DNA from: an uncultured Acidimicrobiaceae bacterium
GTDB taxonomy: Bacteria > Actinomycetota > Acidimicrobiia > Acidimicrobiales > RAAP-2
Length of the DNA stretch: 64,000 nucleotides
Assembly (NCBI GenBank): GCA_963841885.1
Contig: CAWJEK010000016.1
Location: 30,586 to 94,585 of the forward strand
Reading direction: 5' to 3'
Made by a program: the position numbers and the translations under genes. The notes under the pieces are model-generated. The model was not told where the DNA came from, ran no database searches, and saw only the letters and a program-made list of their open reading frames with translations. Shown piece by piece: positions 29,972-39,397 of this stretch (positions are counted from its first letter, which is position 1; each line of letters opens with the position of its first letter).

Positions 29972-30539
29972 GGTTCCCACCTCCGGCCGGGGGAACCTTC
30001 GTCCGCCGACGCACCCATTGTGGGCCCGTTGTCCCGAACAGACAATGGGCCGGCAGCTACCTCCGTCCGCACGACCCCGTCACTGCGGGTGGTTTCTTCG
30101 TGGCCGGGGTGTCGCGGGTGAATTCTCGGTGACGGGATCGAGGTCGGTGGCCGTGCCGGGCCGGTGCCGACGGAAGCGTGGCGGCGACTCGTGTCCGGCA
30201 CGGTTCGTGACCGCAGTGTGACGCCGACGTGACGGTTGCGCGTCCGCTGTGCCCTCCCGAGCGTCCCGGCAGCCGGAGCCACGCGGCATGGAGGGTGGCG
30301 ACGCCACGAACCGGTGTTCGGGCCCGAGCACTTCCCGGAGCACCGGGCTACCGTTTCCCGTACGAGGGGCTCGGGGGACCCGGTCGTCCCGGGCCGATCG
30401 GGTGTAACGAATTGCGCTTCGCTGACGTTGGGGGAGGTGGGGGCCGACGGCGGACTGGTGTCTGCCGTGCCAACGGACCCGTCCCGACGGAAGAGCAGCG
30501 CCGAACACCGCGGCGACGCGGAGCTAAGGACGAAGAGCC

Positions 30540-31418
30540 ATGAAACGAACAGCACTCCTGGTAGCCATCGGACTGACCGTGCTCGGGGTGGGCACCGTCG
30601 GCACAGCCGGCGTGGCGTCAGCCGCCAAGCCCAAGGTCCCGACCGTCAACTCGATCACCCCGGAGCACGGCCCCCTGGGCGGGGGAACACTGGTGCAGAT
30701 CAGGGGGAAGAACCTCGGCGGCGTCAGCGCCGTCGACTTCGGCACCACCCCGGCCACCTCGTTCACGCCCGTCAACCAGAGTGAGGTCGACGCCTACTCT
30801 CCTGCCGGGTCTGGGACCGTCGACATCACGGTGACCACGGGCATCGGTACGAGCGTCCCCGTGACCGCTGATCAGTTCACCTACGTCCCCACCCCTTCGA
30901 TCCAGCGGGTCGCCCCCCGGGCCGGCAGCACGCTCGGCGGTAACCGGGTGACCATCACCGGGGCCGGCTTCACCGGTACCACCTCGGTGGACTTCGGCTC
31001 GGTCGCCGGCATCGATCCCGTGGTGCAGTCCGACAGCGAGATCCTGGTCACGACCCCCGCCGAGTCGGCCGGGTCCGTGGACGTGTCCGTGACCTCGGCG
31101 ACCGGCACGACACCGACCGATCCCGCTGACGTCTACACCTTCGCGCTGCGCGTTCCCGTGGTCACCTCCGTCGCCAACGACGTGGGTCCCGAGTCGGGCG
31201 GAACACCGGTGACGATCAGCGGGAAGGTGTTCACCCACGTGTCGGCGGTCGACTTCGGCCCGAACCCGGCGACGGACGTGGCCGTCGGCAAGCACGGCAC
31301 GATCACCTGCCTGTCACCCGCCGGCACCGGAACGGTGGACGTGACCGTCACCAACGCCTCGGGCACCAGCGCCGTGAACAGCCCGGCCGACGAGTTCACC
31401 TACACACCGAGCGACTGA
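30540..31418 (+). CDS. secreted protein with three tandem IPT/TIG domains
   Basis: Signal peptide, then three repeats of P.V.S..P..GP..GGT.V.I.G..F..V.AVDFG...A.......I...SPAG.GTVDVTV....G.S. Confidence 0.75.
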   Translation: MKRTALLVAIGLTVLGVGTVGTAGVASAAKPKVPTVNSITPEHGPLGGGTLVQIRGKNLGGVSAVDFGTTPATSFTPVNQSEVDAYSPAGSGTVDITVTTGIGTSVPVTADQFTYVPTPSIQRVAPRAGSTLGGNRVTITGAGFTGTTSVDFGSVAGIDPVVQSDSEILVTTPAESAGSVDVSVTSATGTTPTDPADVYTFALRVPVVTSVANDVGPESGGTPVTISGKVFTHVSAVDFGPNPATDVAVGKHGTITCLSPAGTGTVDVTVTNASGTSAVNSPADEFTYTPSD

Positions 31419-31430
31419 TCATCGAGCCCG

Positions 31431-31862
31431 GTGGCTGACGGCACCGGCCACCGGGCGGAGGAGCTGGGCGCCGTCCAGCGCGACGGGGTCGTGACGCTGT
31501 GGCGGTCCGTCTGGCTCACACGGCCGTGGAACGACCCGGTCACCGACTTCGACCGGGCCGTCGCGGGCCCGACGTCGGCCGTGCTCGGGATCCTCGACGG
31601 CGGGGCCCCGCTGGCCACGGCCATGGTGGGCCACGACGGCCACCGCGGCTGGGTGTACTACGTGGCCGTGGCCGACGGCGCCCGGGGCACGGGCCTCGGG
31701 CGCCGGATCATGGCGGGGGCCGAAGAGTGGCTCCGGCGGGCCGGTGCCCCCAAGGCCCAGCTGATGGTCCGCACCGACAACGCCGATGCCGTCGGCTTCT
31801 ACCGACACCTCGGCTACGAGGTGTCGGACACCACCGTCCTCGGTCGCCGGTTGGACGGCTGA
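31431..31862 (+). CDS. GNAT-family N-acetyltransferase
   Basis: Motif A VAVADGARGTGLGRRIM and a C-terminal FYRHLGY block. Confidence 0.7.
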   Translation: MADGTGHRAEELGAVQRDGVVTLWRSVWLTRPWNDPVTDFDRAVAGPTSAVLGILDGGAPLATAMVGHDGHRGWVYYVAVADGARGTGLGRRIMAGAEEWLRRAGAPKAQLMVRTDNADAVGFYRHLGYEVSDTTVLGRRLDG

Positions 31863-31870
31863 GCGGCGGG

Positions 31871-32632
31871 TCAGCCGCGCCCGTCGGTACCGACGGCGGC
31901 CACGATGGCCTCGCCCAGATCGACCGGTCGGGTGAACTGCGGCCAGTGGCCGGTGGGGAGGTCGACATAGGTCACGTCGGTGAGGGCCTCCACCTCGGCC
32001 AGGTCCGGATCGCCCTCGGCCAACCACTGCTCCAGCTGGGCGGCGGTGAACTCACAGCCGATCACCGTGGCGGGCACCGCGTGGCGCCGCTCGTCGGTCA
32101 GCACCTGGGGATCGGTGGCCACCCGGAGCGGTTCGGGCACGGCCCGGTCCCGGAACCGGCGCCGGAGCCCGTCGTCGAGGTCACGCAGGCTCTCCTCCCC
32201 GAGGACCGGCCAGTCGGGCAGCGGGATCTCACCGTCGACCACCGGGAGTCCGTCGTTGATAGCCCGACCCACCGGGAGCGGCACCGTGTCGACGTGGACG
32301 ACCCGCACCACGGCGTCGGGCCGGGCGTCGGCCGTCGCATGGGCCACCGGGCCACCGCCGGAGTGCCCGACCAGCACCACCGGGGCGCCGATCCGGTCGA
32401 CCTCGGCGACCACCGCGGCGACGTGGTCGGCCAGTCGGATGTCCCGACGATCAGCGTCGGGTGACTCGAGGCCCGGGAGCGTGAGCGGGTGGGCGGTGTG
32501 CCCGGCCGCCTCGATGACGGGCACCACCTCGTCCCAGGACGAGGCGTCGAGCCAGAAACCGGGGATCAGTACGACGTCCACAGGGTCATCGTAGGGAGGG
32601 AGCGCCGTCCGCGTGCCCCGCGGGGGCGCCAC
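31871..32632 (-). CDS. alpha/beta hydrolase
   Basis: Nucleophile elbow VLVGHSGGG and N-terminal VVLIPGFWLDASSW. The start may be slightly downstream of 32632. Confidence 0.7.
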   Translation of the reverse strand: MAPPRGTRTALPPYDDPVDVVLIPGFWLDASSWDEVVPVIEAAGHTAHPLTLPGLESPDADRRDIRLADHVAAVVAEVDRIGAPVVLVGHSGGGPVAHATADARPDAVVRVVHVDTVPLPVGRAINDGLPVVDGEIPLPDWPVLGEESLRDLDDGLRRRFRDRAVPEPLRVATDPQVLTDERRHAVPATVIGCEFTAAQLEQWLAEGDPDLAEVEALTDVTYVDLPTGHWPQFTRPVDLGEAIVAAVGTDGRG

Positions 32633-32654
32633 CCGGGGTGCCTCCGGGGCCCGG

Positions 32655-33299
32655 TCAGGCGTCCGGTCGGTCGAACTCCCCCGAGGCCATCAGGTCGGAG
32701 ATCGCCGCGGTTCCGGGCCGGCCGGCCAGGTCGGCGATCACCCCTCGGCGGTCCGCCTCCGACTTGTTCTGACTGAGCTTGGCCTTGGCCTCCACCCGCG
32801 ACACCACGATCTCGAAGGCGACGATCCCCCGGAGCAACCCGTCCACGTAGCCGTCGGGGGCATCGGTCACGTGCCAGGGCACGGCCCGGTCGGCCTCGTG
32901 GACTTCGGTCAGGTCGGTGACCACGGCGAGCGTGGTCGGGGCGTCGCCGGTGAGTCGGAAGGTGCCGTGCACGTGCACCTCGACGTAATTCCAGGTCGGG
33001 ACCACCTTGCCCGTCTCCGCCTTGGAGGCGTAGGCGGAGGGCGACACGTAGGCCTGCGGTCCGAGGAACAGGGCCACGCACGGTCGGGGAGCGTCCCCCG
33101 CCCGGGCCTGGGGGTTGGCCCGGGCCAGGTGGCCGCGCAGCACCCACGGGCCGTCGGAGGGCTCGTCGAGCACCAGCGGGACGGTGGAGGCGACCAGGCC
33201 GGGTCCGTCGTGGGTGACGACCTGGGCGAGAGCCAGGTCCCGGATCAGCCGGGCGATGGTCGCCGGGTCGGTGACGTCGAAGGCCGGGACGTGGTGCAC
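32655..33299 (-). CDS. FMN-binding negative transcriptional regulator (PaiB family)
   Basis: Family-typical N-terminus (HHVPAFDVTD...IARLIRD...LAQVVT) and C-terminal KLSQNKSEADRRGV block. Confidence 0.75.
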   Translation of the reverse strand: MHHVPAFDVTDPATIARLIRDLALAQVVTHDGPGLVASTVPLVLDEPSDGPWVLRGHLARANPQARAGDAPRPCVALFLGPQAYVSPSAYASKAETGKVVPTWNYVEVHVHGTFRLTGDAPTTLAVVTDLTEVHEADRAVPWHVTDAPDGYVDGLLRGIVAFEIVVSRVEAKAKLSQNKSEADRRGVIADLAGRPGTAAISDLMASGEFDRPDA

Positions 33300-33303
33300 C
33301 GCC

Positions 33304-33966
33304 TCAGAGCATCCGCCGCTCGGCCGCCCAGTTGGTGAGCTGGTACCGGTTGGCCAGTTGCAGCTTGCGCAGCACGGCCGACACGTGGCTCTCCACCGTC
33401 TTGGTCGAGATGCCGAGCTCCCGGGCGATCTCCTTGTACGCGTACCCCCGGGCGATGAGCCGCAGCACCTGGCGCTCGCGGGGGGTCAGCTGGTCGAGTT
33501 CGGGGTCGAAGCTCGGGGTCGGCGCCGGCCCCTGGGTGGGATCGGCGAAGGCATCCAGGACGAATCCGGCGAGCCGCGGGGAGAACACGGCATCGCCCTC
33601 GGAGATCCGACGGATGGCGTCCACCAGGTCGGGACCGGAGATGTGCTTGGTCACGTAGCCCCGGGCCCCGGCGCGGATCACGTCGATCACGTCCTCGGCG
33701 GCGTCCGACATCGACAGCGCCAGGAACGACACGTCCGGGGCCACCGGCAGCACCTGCTCGAGGACGGCCCGGCCGCCGCCGCCCGGCATGTGGACGTCGA
33801 GGAGGACCACATCGGGGAGTCGCTCGAGGATCATCTCCACGGCCGCCGCCACCTCGTCGGCCTCCCCCACCACCTCGACGTCATCGGCCAGTTCGGCGCG
33901 GATGCCCGAACGCACCAGGGCGTGGTCGTCGACGACGAAGACCCGCAGTTTCGTCGCTTCGGTCAC
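33304..33966 (-). CDS. NarL/LuxR-family response regulator
   Basis: Receiver domain (RVFVVDDHALVR...VVLLDVHMPGG) plus LuxR HTH (LTPRERQVLRLIARGYAYKEIARELGISTKTVESHV). The GTG start overlaps the kinase stop (GTGA). Confidence 0.85.
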   Translation of the reverse strand: MTEATKLRVFVVDDHALVRSGIRAELADDVEVVGEADEVAAAVEMILERLPDVVLLDVHMPGGGGRAVLEQVLPVAPDVSFLALSMSDAAEDVIDVIRAGARGYVTKHISGPDLVDAIRRISEGDAVFSPRLAGFVLDAFADPTQGPAPTPSFDPELDQLTPRERQVLRLIARGYAYKEIARELGISTKTVESHVSAVLRKLQLANRYQLTNWAAERRML

Positions 33967-35438
33967 CGGTCCGTCGGGGTGCGGGGCAGCACCAGCTCCA
34001 CCTCGGTGCCCGTGCCCGGCGCGCTGGCCACCGTCACGGTTCCCCCGTGGCGACCCAGGCGCTCGACCATCGAGCAGGCGATGCCCTGCCGGTCGGCGGG
34101 CACCTGGCCCGGCTCGAATCCCACCCCCAGATCCCGGACGTAGGCCGACACCGTGTCCGGCTCGACCTCGACGAACACCGAGACCTCCGTGCAGCCCGAC
34201 CACTTGGCGGCGTTGACCGTGGCCTCCCGACAGGCTCCCACCAGGGCGCCGACGGCATCGTCCATCGGGCAGTCCCCCACCATGATGAGTTCCACCCCGA
34301 CGGCGTAACTGTCCTCCACCTCCCGCTCGATGCCGGCGAGGGCGTCGTCGAGGGTCTCGGGGCGGTCACCGTGGCGGCCCAGGCGCGCCGGATCGAAGAG
34401 CCAGTGGCGGAGCTCGCGCTCCTCCATCCGCGCCAGGCGGACCACCTCCCGGGGGTCGTTGGCGGACTTCTGGATGAGGGAGAGGGTCTGGAGCACCGAG
34501 TCGTGCACGTGGGCGGCCATGTCGGCCCGTTCCTGGGCCCGGACCCGCTCGCGGCGCTCGGTCGACAGGTCCCGCAACGTCCGGGCCCACCACGGGGCGA
34601 ACAGGACGAGGAAGCCGCCCACGAAGAGCACGGCGCCGACCAGCACCCCGAAGGCCGCGCCCTGGAGGTTGCCCATCCGGGACAGGTTGGAGATGCCCAC
34701 CAGGATCAGGACGATGCCGAGCGCCACCCGCAGCGCCACACGCCGCCAGCTCTTGGCCGAGGTCGTCTGGAACCCCGGGGCGGCGTTCAGCCGGTCGCGC
34801 ATCCGGGCCAGCTCGGCGGGGGAGGCGCCGCGCCACACCACCAGCACCCCGACGGCACAGGCCAGGAGGGAGAGGGCGGGCAGGCCGAGATCGTTGACCC
34901 CGAACGCCCGGGTGAGCAGGAGCACGGCGAGCAGAGCGGTGGAGAAGGCGAGGACGATCTGCAGCTCGCGGCGGTCCCCGATCACCCGGGAGGCGATGGA
35001 GTCGTCCTCGCCGGCCGCGGGAACCAGTACCCAGATGCCCATGTAGGCGAGCAGCCCGGCTCCGCCTAGGGCGATCGACACCACCGCCACCACCCGCACC
35101 AGCGTCGGACTCACCGCCAGCCGGGCGGCCAGACCACCGCAGACGCCGCCCAGCACCCGGTCGTCCTCGGAACGCCTCAGAGGCCGCTCCAGGTGGCGCG
35201 CGCGGTCGGAGAGGCCCCGGCGTGGGTGGAGGTGGCGTCGGCGTCGGCGTCGGGGTTCGACGGGGGCGGAGGGGACGAGCGGTGTCGGAGGCGTGCGATG
35301 CGTCAATCCTTGCACGCGGCCCTCTTCCGGGCGATGGGGGACAACCCTGATCCGGTCCCGGAACCCCGGGTTGCGCCCCGGGATGTCCCCGATTGCCACG
35401 CCGGTGCCCGGGGCGCACAGTGCCGGTATGACCGTCAC
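33963..35438 (-). CDS. sensor histidine kinase with an N-terminal PspC domain (LiaS-like, HisKA_3 type)
   Basis: PspC motif RSEDDRVLGGVCGGLAARL. TM segments. H-box HVHDSVLQTLSLI. HATPase_c C-terminus. The exact start is uncertain. Confidence 0.8.
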   Translation of the reverse strand: MTVIPALCAPGTGVAIGDIPGRNPGFRDRIRVVPHRPEEGRVQGLTHRTPPTPLVPSAPVEPRRRRRRHLHPRRGLSDRARHLERPLRRSEDDRVLGGVCGGLAARLAVSPTLVRVVAVVSIALGGAGLLAYMGIWVLVPAAGEDDSIASRVIGDRRELQIVLAFSTALLAVLLLTRAFGVNDLGLPALSLLACAVGVLVVWRGASPAELARMRDRLNAAPGFQTTSAKSWRRVALRVALGIVLILVGISNLSRMGNLQGAAFGVLVGAVLFVGGFLVLFAPWWARTLRDLSTERRERVRAQERADMAAHVHDSVLQTLSLIQKSANDPREVVRLARMEERELRHWLFDPARLGRHGDRPETLDDALAGIEREVEDSYAVGVELIMVGDCPMDDAVGALVGACREATVNAAKWSGCTEVSVFVEVEPDTVSAYVRDLGVGFEPGQVPADRQGIACSMVERLGRHGGTVTVASAPGTGTEVELVLPRTPTDR

Positions 35439-35494
35439 CGAGGAACTGCCCCCCGCCGCCCCCGTCCGGGCCGCCCCCGACCCCCGGGGGCGTC

Positions 35495-36363
35495 GTGCCC
35501 CCCGGGCTGCGCCGCAGCCGCACCAAGCGACTCGTCTCGGGCGTGTGCGGCGGTCTGTCCGACCGGTTCGAGATCGACGTCACCATCGTCCGGGTCGCCT
35601 TCGTGGTGGTGGCCTGTCTCTGGGGGTTGGGGGTCGTGCTCTACCTCGCCCTGTGGGCCCTGGTCCCCCTGGCCGGCGGGGACCCGCCGGACGACGGGCC
35701 CGGGGGCGAGGGCCTCCCGGAGGCCGCCACCGGCGCTCCCACCTGGCTGGCCTACGTCCTGCTCGCCGGGGCCCTCTTCCTCGGCCTGATGATCAGCCAC
35801 CACCTGGTGGGGAGGCCCCCGCTGGGGCGGGGGTCTCGGGCCTCGGCTGGCTCCTGGTCCTGTTCGGCGTGGTCGTGGTGGCGCTCCACCGGCCGACCCG
35901 ACGGCCCTCGTTCGGCCGGGTGCTCCTGACCCTGGCCCTCATCCTGCTGAGCGTGGTCATCCTCGCCATCGGCGCCTTCTTCGCGGCGATGGCCACGACC
36001 GGGGTGCCGCTCTCGGGCGGCATCGGCCAACGGGTGGTCCAACCCACGGCTCCGTGGCAGCTGCAGCCCGTCTACCGGTTGGCCATCGGGAACATGACCG
36101 TCGACCTCACCCACGTGCCCCTGGGCACCTCGCCCCGCACGGTCACGGCGTCGGTCGGCGTGGGCGTCCTGGTGGTGGACGTCCCGCAGCGGGCGGTGGT
36201 CGACGTCGAGGCCCACAGCGGCATCGGCACGGTCGACTACGGCGCCTCGGGGGCGAACGGGTTCGCCGCCCCGATCACCGCCTTCGGCCCGGCCCGGCCC
36301 CAGCTCGTCATCGACGCCCAGGTCGGCATCGGCCGGATCCAGCTCCAGCGCGACGGCACCTGA
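35495..36363 (+). pseudogene. PspC-domain membrane protein with a LiaF-like C-terminal domain, one frame break
   Basis: The N-terminus (RSRTKRLVSGVCGGLSDRFEIDVTIVRVAFVV) is in one frame. The TM region and C-terminal beta-rich domain (NMTVDLTHVPLG...GVGVLVVDVP...GIGRIQLQR) are in another. The junction is at ~35820 in G/C runs. Confidence 0.6.
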
Positions 36364-36444
36364 CCCGGGTCCGGCCCGTGGTCAGCGGGCCGTCCGGGGA
36401 TCGGGGCCCGAGGCGGTACCGGGGTCACTCGGTAACCTGGTCCG

Positions 36445-36833
36445 GTGACACCGAACCCCGGTATCCGACTCCGGTCCGGTCGTCCTGGACTGCCCCGACG
36501 CGGTGGCCCTGGCCCGCTTCTACGCCGCCCTCCTCGACGGTCGCGCCGACACCTCGGACCCCGACTGGTGCGAGGTGCACGTGGACGGGACGCCGGTCAA
36601 GATCGCCTTCCAGCGGGTGGAGGACTTCCGTGCCCCCGAATGGCCGGACGGCACCCCCCAGCAGGTCCACCTCGACCTGACGGTCGTCGACCTCGACGAC
36701 CACGTCGCGCCGGGCCATCGAGCTGGGGGCGGTGGCGCTCACGGGGCCGGTGGTGGAGCCCGGATGCGTCTTCGTGGTCCACGCCGACCCGGCGGGCCAC
36801 CCGTTCTGCCTGTGCCGGGACGAAGGGGACTGA
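36445..36833 (+). pseudogene. VOC (glyoxalase/bleomycin-resistance) family protein, reading frame broken twice
   Basis: The conserved text VVLDCPDAVALARFYAALLDG...VKIAFQRVEDF...QVHLDLTV, then ...AIELGAVALTGPVVEPGCVFVVHADPAGHPFCLC, runs through three frames. The junctions are at ~36458 and ~36710. Confidence 0.6.
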
Positions 36834-36837
36834 CGGG

Positions 36838-37410
36838 TCAGGCGTCCCCCGGATCGACGCCGGCCAGCCAGTCCGAGACGGTCACCACGTCCGCCTGACG
36901 GGGGAACACCTTGTCGAGCAGGACCCGGTGGACCTCCGGATCACCGTCGGCACAGGCGTCGCGGAGCACCGTGACCCCGTAGTCGAGGTCGGCGGCCTGG
37001 CGGACGGTCGACAGCACGACCCCGCTGGTGGAGATGCCGCACAGGGCGAGTCGCGAGGCACCGAGCGAACGCAGGACGACCTCGAGGTCACTCCCGGTGA
37101 AGGCACTCACCCGCTTCTTGACCACCACGACGTCTTCGGGGCCGGGAGCCACCGCCGGGTGGATCTGGGTGCCCGGGTCGTCTACGCCCATGTCGGTGCG
37201 TCCCGCCAGGGCGGAGAACGCCTTGTTGGCGGCGCTGACGTCGGCCCCTCCCGGGCGGAAGGCGACCCGCACGTAGACCACCGGGATGCCGTGGGCCCGG
37301 GCCCCCTCGACGGCCGCGCCGATCCGCCCGAGCAGGGCGTCGGCGTCCTCGGGGATGCGGGAGACGATGCTGTTCTGGACGTCCATGACCAGGAGGGCGG
37401 AAGTTGTCAT
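36838..37410 (-). CDS. isochorismatase-family cysteine hydrolase
   Basis: MTTSALLVMDVQN... with catalytic-Cys region LALCGISTSGVVLST. Start at ATG 37410. Confidence 0.75.
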   Translation of the reverse strand: MTTSALLVMDVQNSIVSRIPEDADALLGRIGAAVEGARAHGIPVVYVRVAFRPGGADVSAANKAFSALAGRTDMGVDDPGTQIHPAVAPGPEDVVVVKKRVSAFTGSDLEVVLRSLGASRLALCGISTSGVVLSTVRQAADLDYGVTVLRDACADGDPEVHRVLLDKVFPRQADVVTVSDWLAGVDPGDA

Positions 37411-37480
37411 CCCCCCGTTGTAGCGGGTGCCATCCCGTCGGGGGGCGGCGTCCGGCGGAAGGTGCGCCGTGCCCCGCGCT

Positions 37481-37918
37481 TCAGTCCTCCAGGGCCACGT
37501 TGAACATCCACCGCACCCCGAACCGGTCGAGGCAGGTTCCCCACAGCGAGCCCCAGGGCATCGGGTTGAGCCCGGTGGCGTCGCTGCCGCCCTCGGACAG
37601 CGCGGCATAGAGGCGCTCGGCCTCCTCGCGGGTGTCGGGCTCGAGGTTCAGGGTCGAGTTGTTGCCGATCCGGAGCTCGTGACCCATCGACTCCAGCATG
37701 TCGGTGCCCATGAGCACGTGGCCGGCCAGGATCGGCAGCTCGACGTGCAGCACCTTGTCGCGCTCGTCCTCGGGCAGCTCGGGCGCCCCGGGTCCGGAAG
37801 GCATGTCGCGGAAGCGCTGGAGCGGAACGGAAGGCTCGGTGCCGAAGACATCCGCGTAGAAGGTGAACGCCTTCTCGGTGTCCCCCATGAAGTTCAGGTA
37901 GGTGCTGACTCGGCTCAT
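37481..37918 (-). CDS. VOC-family protein (PhnB-like)
   Basis: YLNFMGDTEKAFTFYADVFG...WGSLWGTCLDRFGVRWMFN is typical of PhnB / 3-demethylubiquinone-methyltransferase-domain proteins. Confidence 0.7.
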   Translation of the reverse strand: MSRVSTYLNFMGDTEKAFTFYADVFGTEPSVPLQRFRDMPSGPGAPELPEDERDKVLHVELPILAGHVLMGTDMLESMGHELRIGNNSTLNLEPDTREEAERLYAALSEGGSDATGLNPMPWGSLWGTCLDRFGVRWMFNVALED

Positions 37919-38024
37919 CCGGCCTCCAGGGTCGTCGCCACTCGGCCACATCGTCCCGGCGGTTCCCGAGCCCGTGGCGAGACCCTCCGGGCGTGCGGTC
38001 GAACGGCGCCGCCGCGGCCGCCCG

Positions 38025-38444
38025 TCAGTCCGGCAGGATGCCGGTGGCCGACGTGGCCACGAACGTCGCCACCAGCCGTCCGTCGTCGACCATGGACTGA
38101 CGGTAGGCGGCCCAGTCGTCGTGCTCGCCGTTGGCCGACCGGTAGTAGTCGACGAGCTGGTCGACCACCGCGTCGTCGGGCGCCTTCGCCACCGGGCTCA
38201 GCTCGACGTGGCCGTCCAGGCCCACCCACGTGAAGACGTCGTCGCCCGGGACGAACAGCGCCGCCCTCGGGTCGCGCCGCAGGTTGCGGGTCTTGGCCCG
38301 GTCGTCGGTGATCGAGATGGTGAACCGGTCGCCGTCGGCCCGGAAGAAGATCACGGACTGCTGGGGTCGACCGTCCGCCCGGAGCGTGGTGAGCACGCCG
38401 TTGCGGCGTCCGTCGGTGAAGGCGAGGGCACGGTCGAGATCCAT
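38025..38444 (-). CDS. PPOX-class probable F420-dependent enzyme
   Basis: GVLTTLRADGRPQ.SVIFF...ISITDDRAKTRNLRRDPRAAL pattern. 139 aa. Confidence 0.75.
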   Translation of the reverse strand: MDLDRALAFTDGRRNGVLTTLRADGRPQQSVIFFRADGDRFTISITDDRAKTRNLRRDPRAALFVPGDDVFTWVGLDGHVELSPVAKAPDDAVVDQLVDYYRSANGEHDDWAAYRQSMVDDGRLVATFVATSATGILPD

Positions 38445-38543
38445 GCCTGCACTGTACGGCGGGGGCCCGGGCGACCGTCCGGGTCAGGCTGCGGGACGTC
38501 CCGGTCAGGCTGCGGGTCAGACGCCCGGCCGCCCGCTCCCCCG

Positions 38544-39065
38544 TCACGTCCCAGAGATGGTGGACGGGATCGTGGAGGATGTAGCGCGCCAAGGAGTCGA
38601 CGGTGAACGGGCTGCCGTTCGAGCGGACGCCCGTCCGATCCCACGCCCCGCCGGGCACCCCGTCGAGGCGGTCGGCGAATTCCTCGGCCGCGTCCGCCAG
38701 CTCGGCGGCCACCACCTCCGGGTCCTGGAGGTCGTAGCGGTCGTCCACCGCCGTCCGGTCCTGGTCCCAGTCGGCGAACACCGGGGCGTCCTCGGCCAGC
38801 AGGAGGGCGATCCGCCCGTCGGCGATCCGGAAGACGTCACGGACGTGGCAGCCGTACTCGAGGGTCGACCAGCGGTCGGGCCGGGGGCGGGGGCGGACGT
38901 CATCCCGGTCCAGCCGGACCACCCAGGAGGCGGCCACGGTGCGGACCTCCGCCCCCAGGTCGTGGCGCGGGAGGGCGGTGGCGTCGAACCCGCACTCCGG
39001 ACACGGCCGCTCGAGGACCCAGGTCCAGTCCTTGTCGTCGGGAGGAGGGGCGTGTCGGGCGTCAT
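38544..39065 (-). pseudogene. DinB-family protein with an N-terminal CPxCG element, frame broken at least twice
   Basis: ATG 39065 and stop 38544 share one frame. The whole conserved body (DDKDWTWVLERPCPECGF...WSTLEYGCHVRD...YILHDPVHHLWDV) is in another frame, which otherwise reads through the next gene. The junctions are at ~39040 (C-run) and ~38550. Confidence 0.5.
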
Positions 39066-39082
39066 GGAGAGGAGCTCCGTCG

Positions 39083-39397
39083 TCAGCCGTCGAGGCCGAA
39101 CTGGGCCCGACGGTCGATCGGCACCAGGTCCAGGTACTCGTCACGGTGCTCGTCGATGAACTTCGTCACATAGGGACAGTGCGGCACGACGGCCAGGTGC
39201 CGGGACCGGGCGTCGTCGAGCACCGCCCGCACCATGACGCCGGCCAGTCCGCGACCGGCGTGGCCGCGGTCGACCTCGGCGTGGAGCAGCTCGATTTCGC
39301 CCGGGGCCAGCCGGTAGGTGACGGAGCCGACCGTCGTGCCGTCCTCGGCGAGCTCGTAGCGTCGGCGTTCCGGCCGGTCGGTCACCTCGGTGCTCAT
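39083..39397 (-). CDS. small GNAT-like N-acetyltransferase (YjdJ-type)
   Basis: 104 aa with ...RRYELAEDG...LLHAEVD..HAGRGLAG.....L.DAR...L.VVPHCPYV.KF. RBS AAGGAG. ATGA overlap with marR. Confidence 0.65.
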   Translation of the reverse strand: MSTEVTDRPERRRYELAEDGTTVGSVTYRLAPGEIELLHAEVDRGHAGRGLAGVMVRAVLDDARSRHLAVVPHCPYVTKFIDEHRDEYLDLVPIDRRAQFGLDG

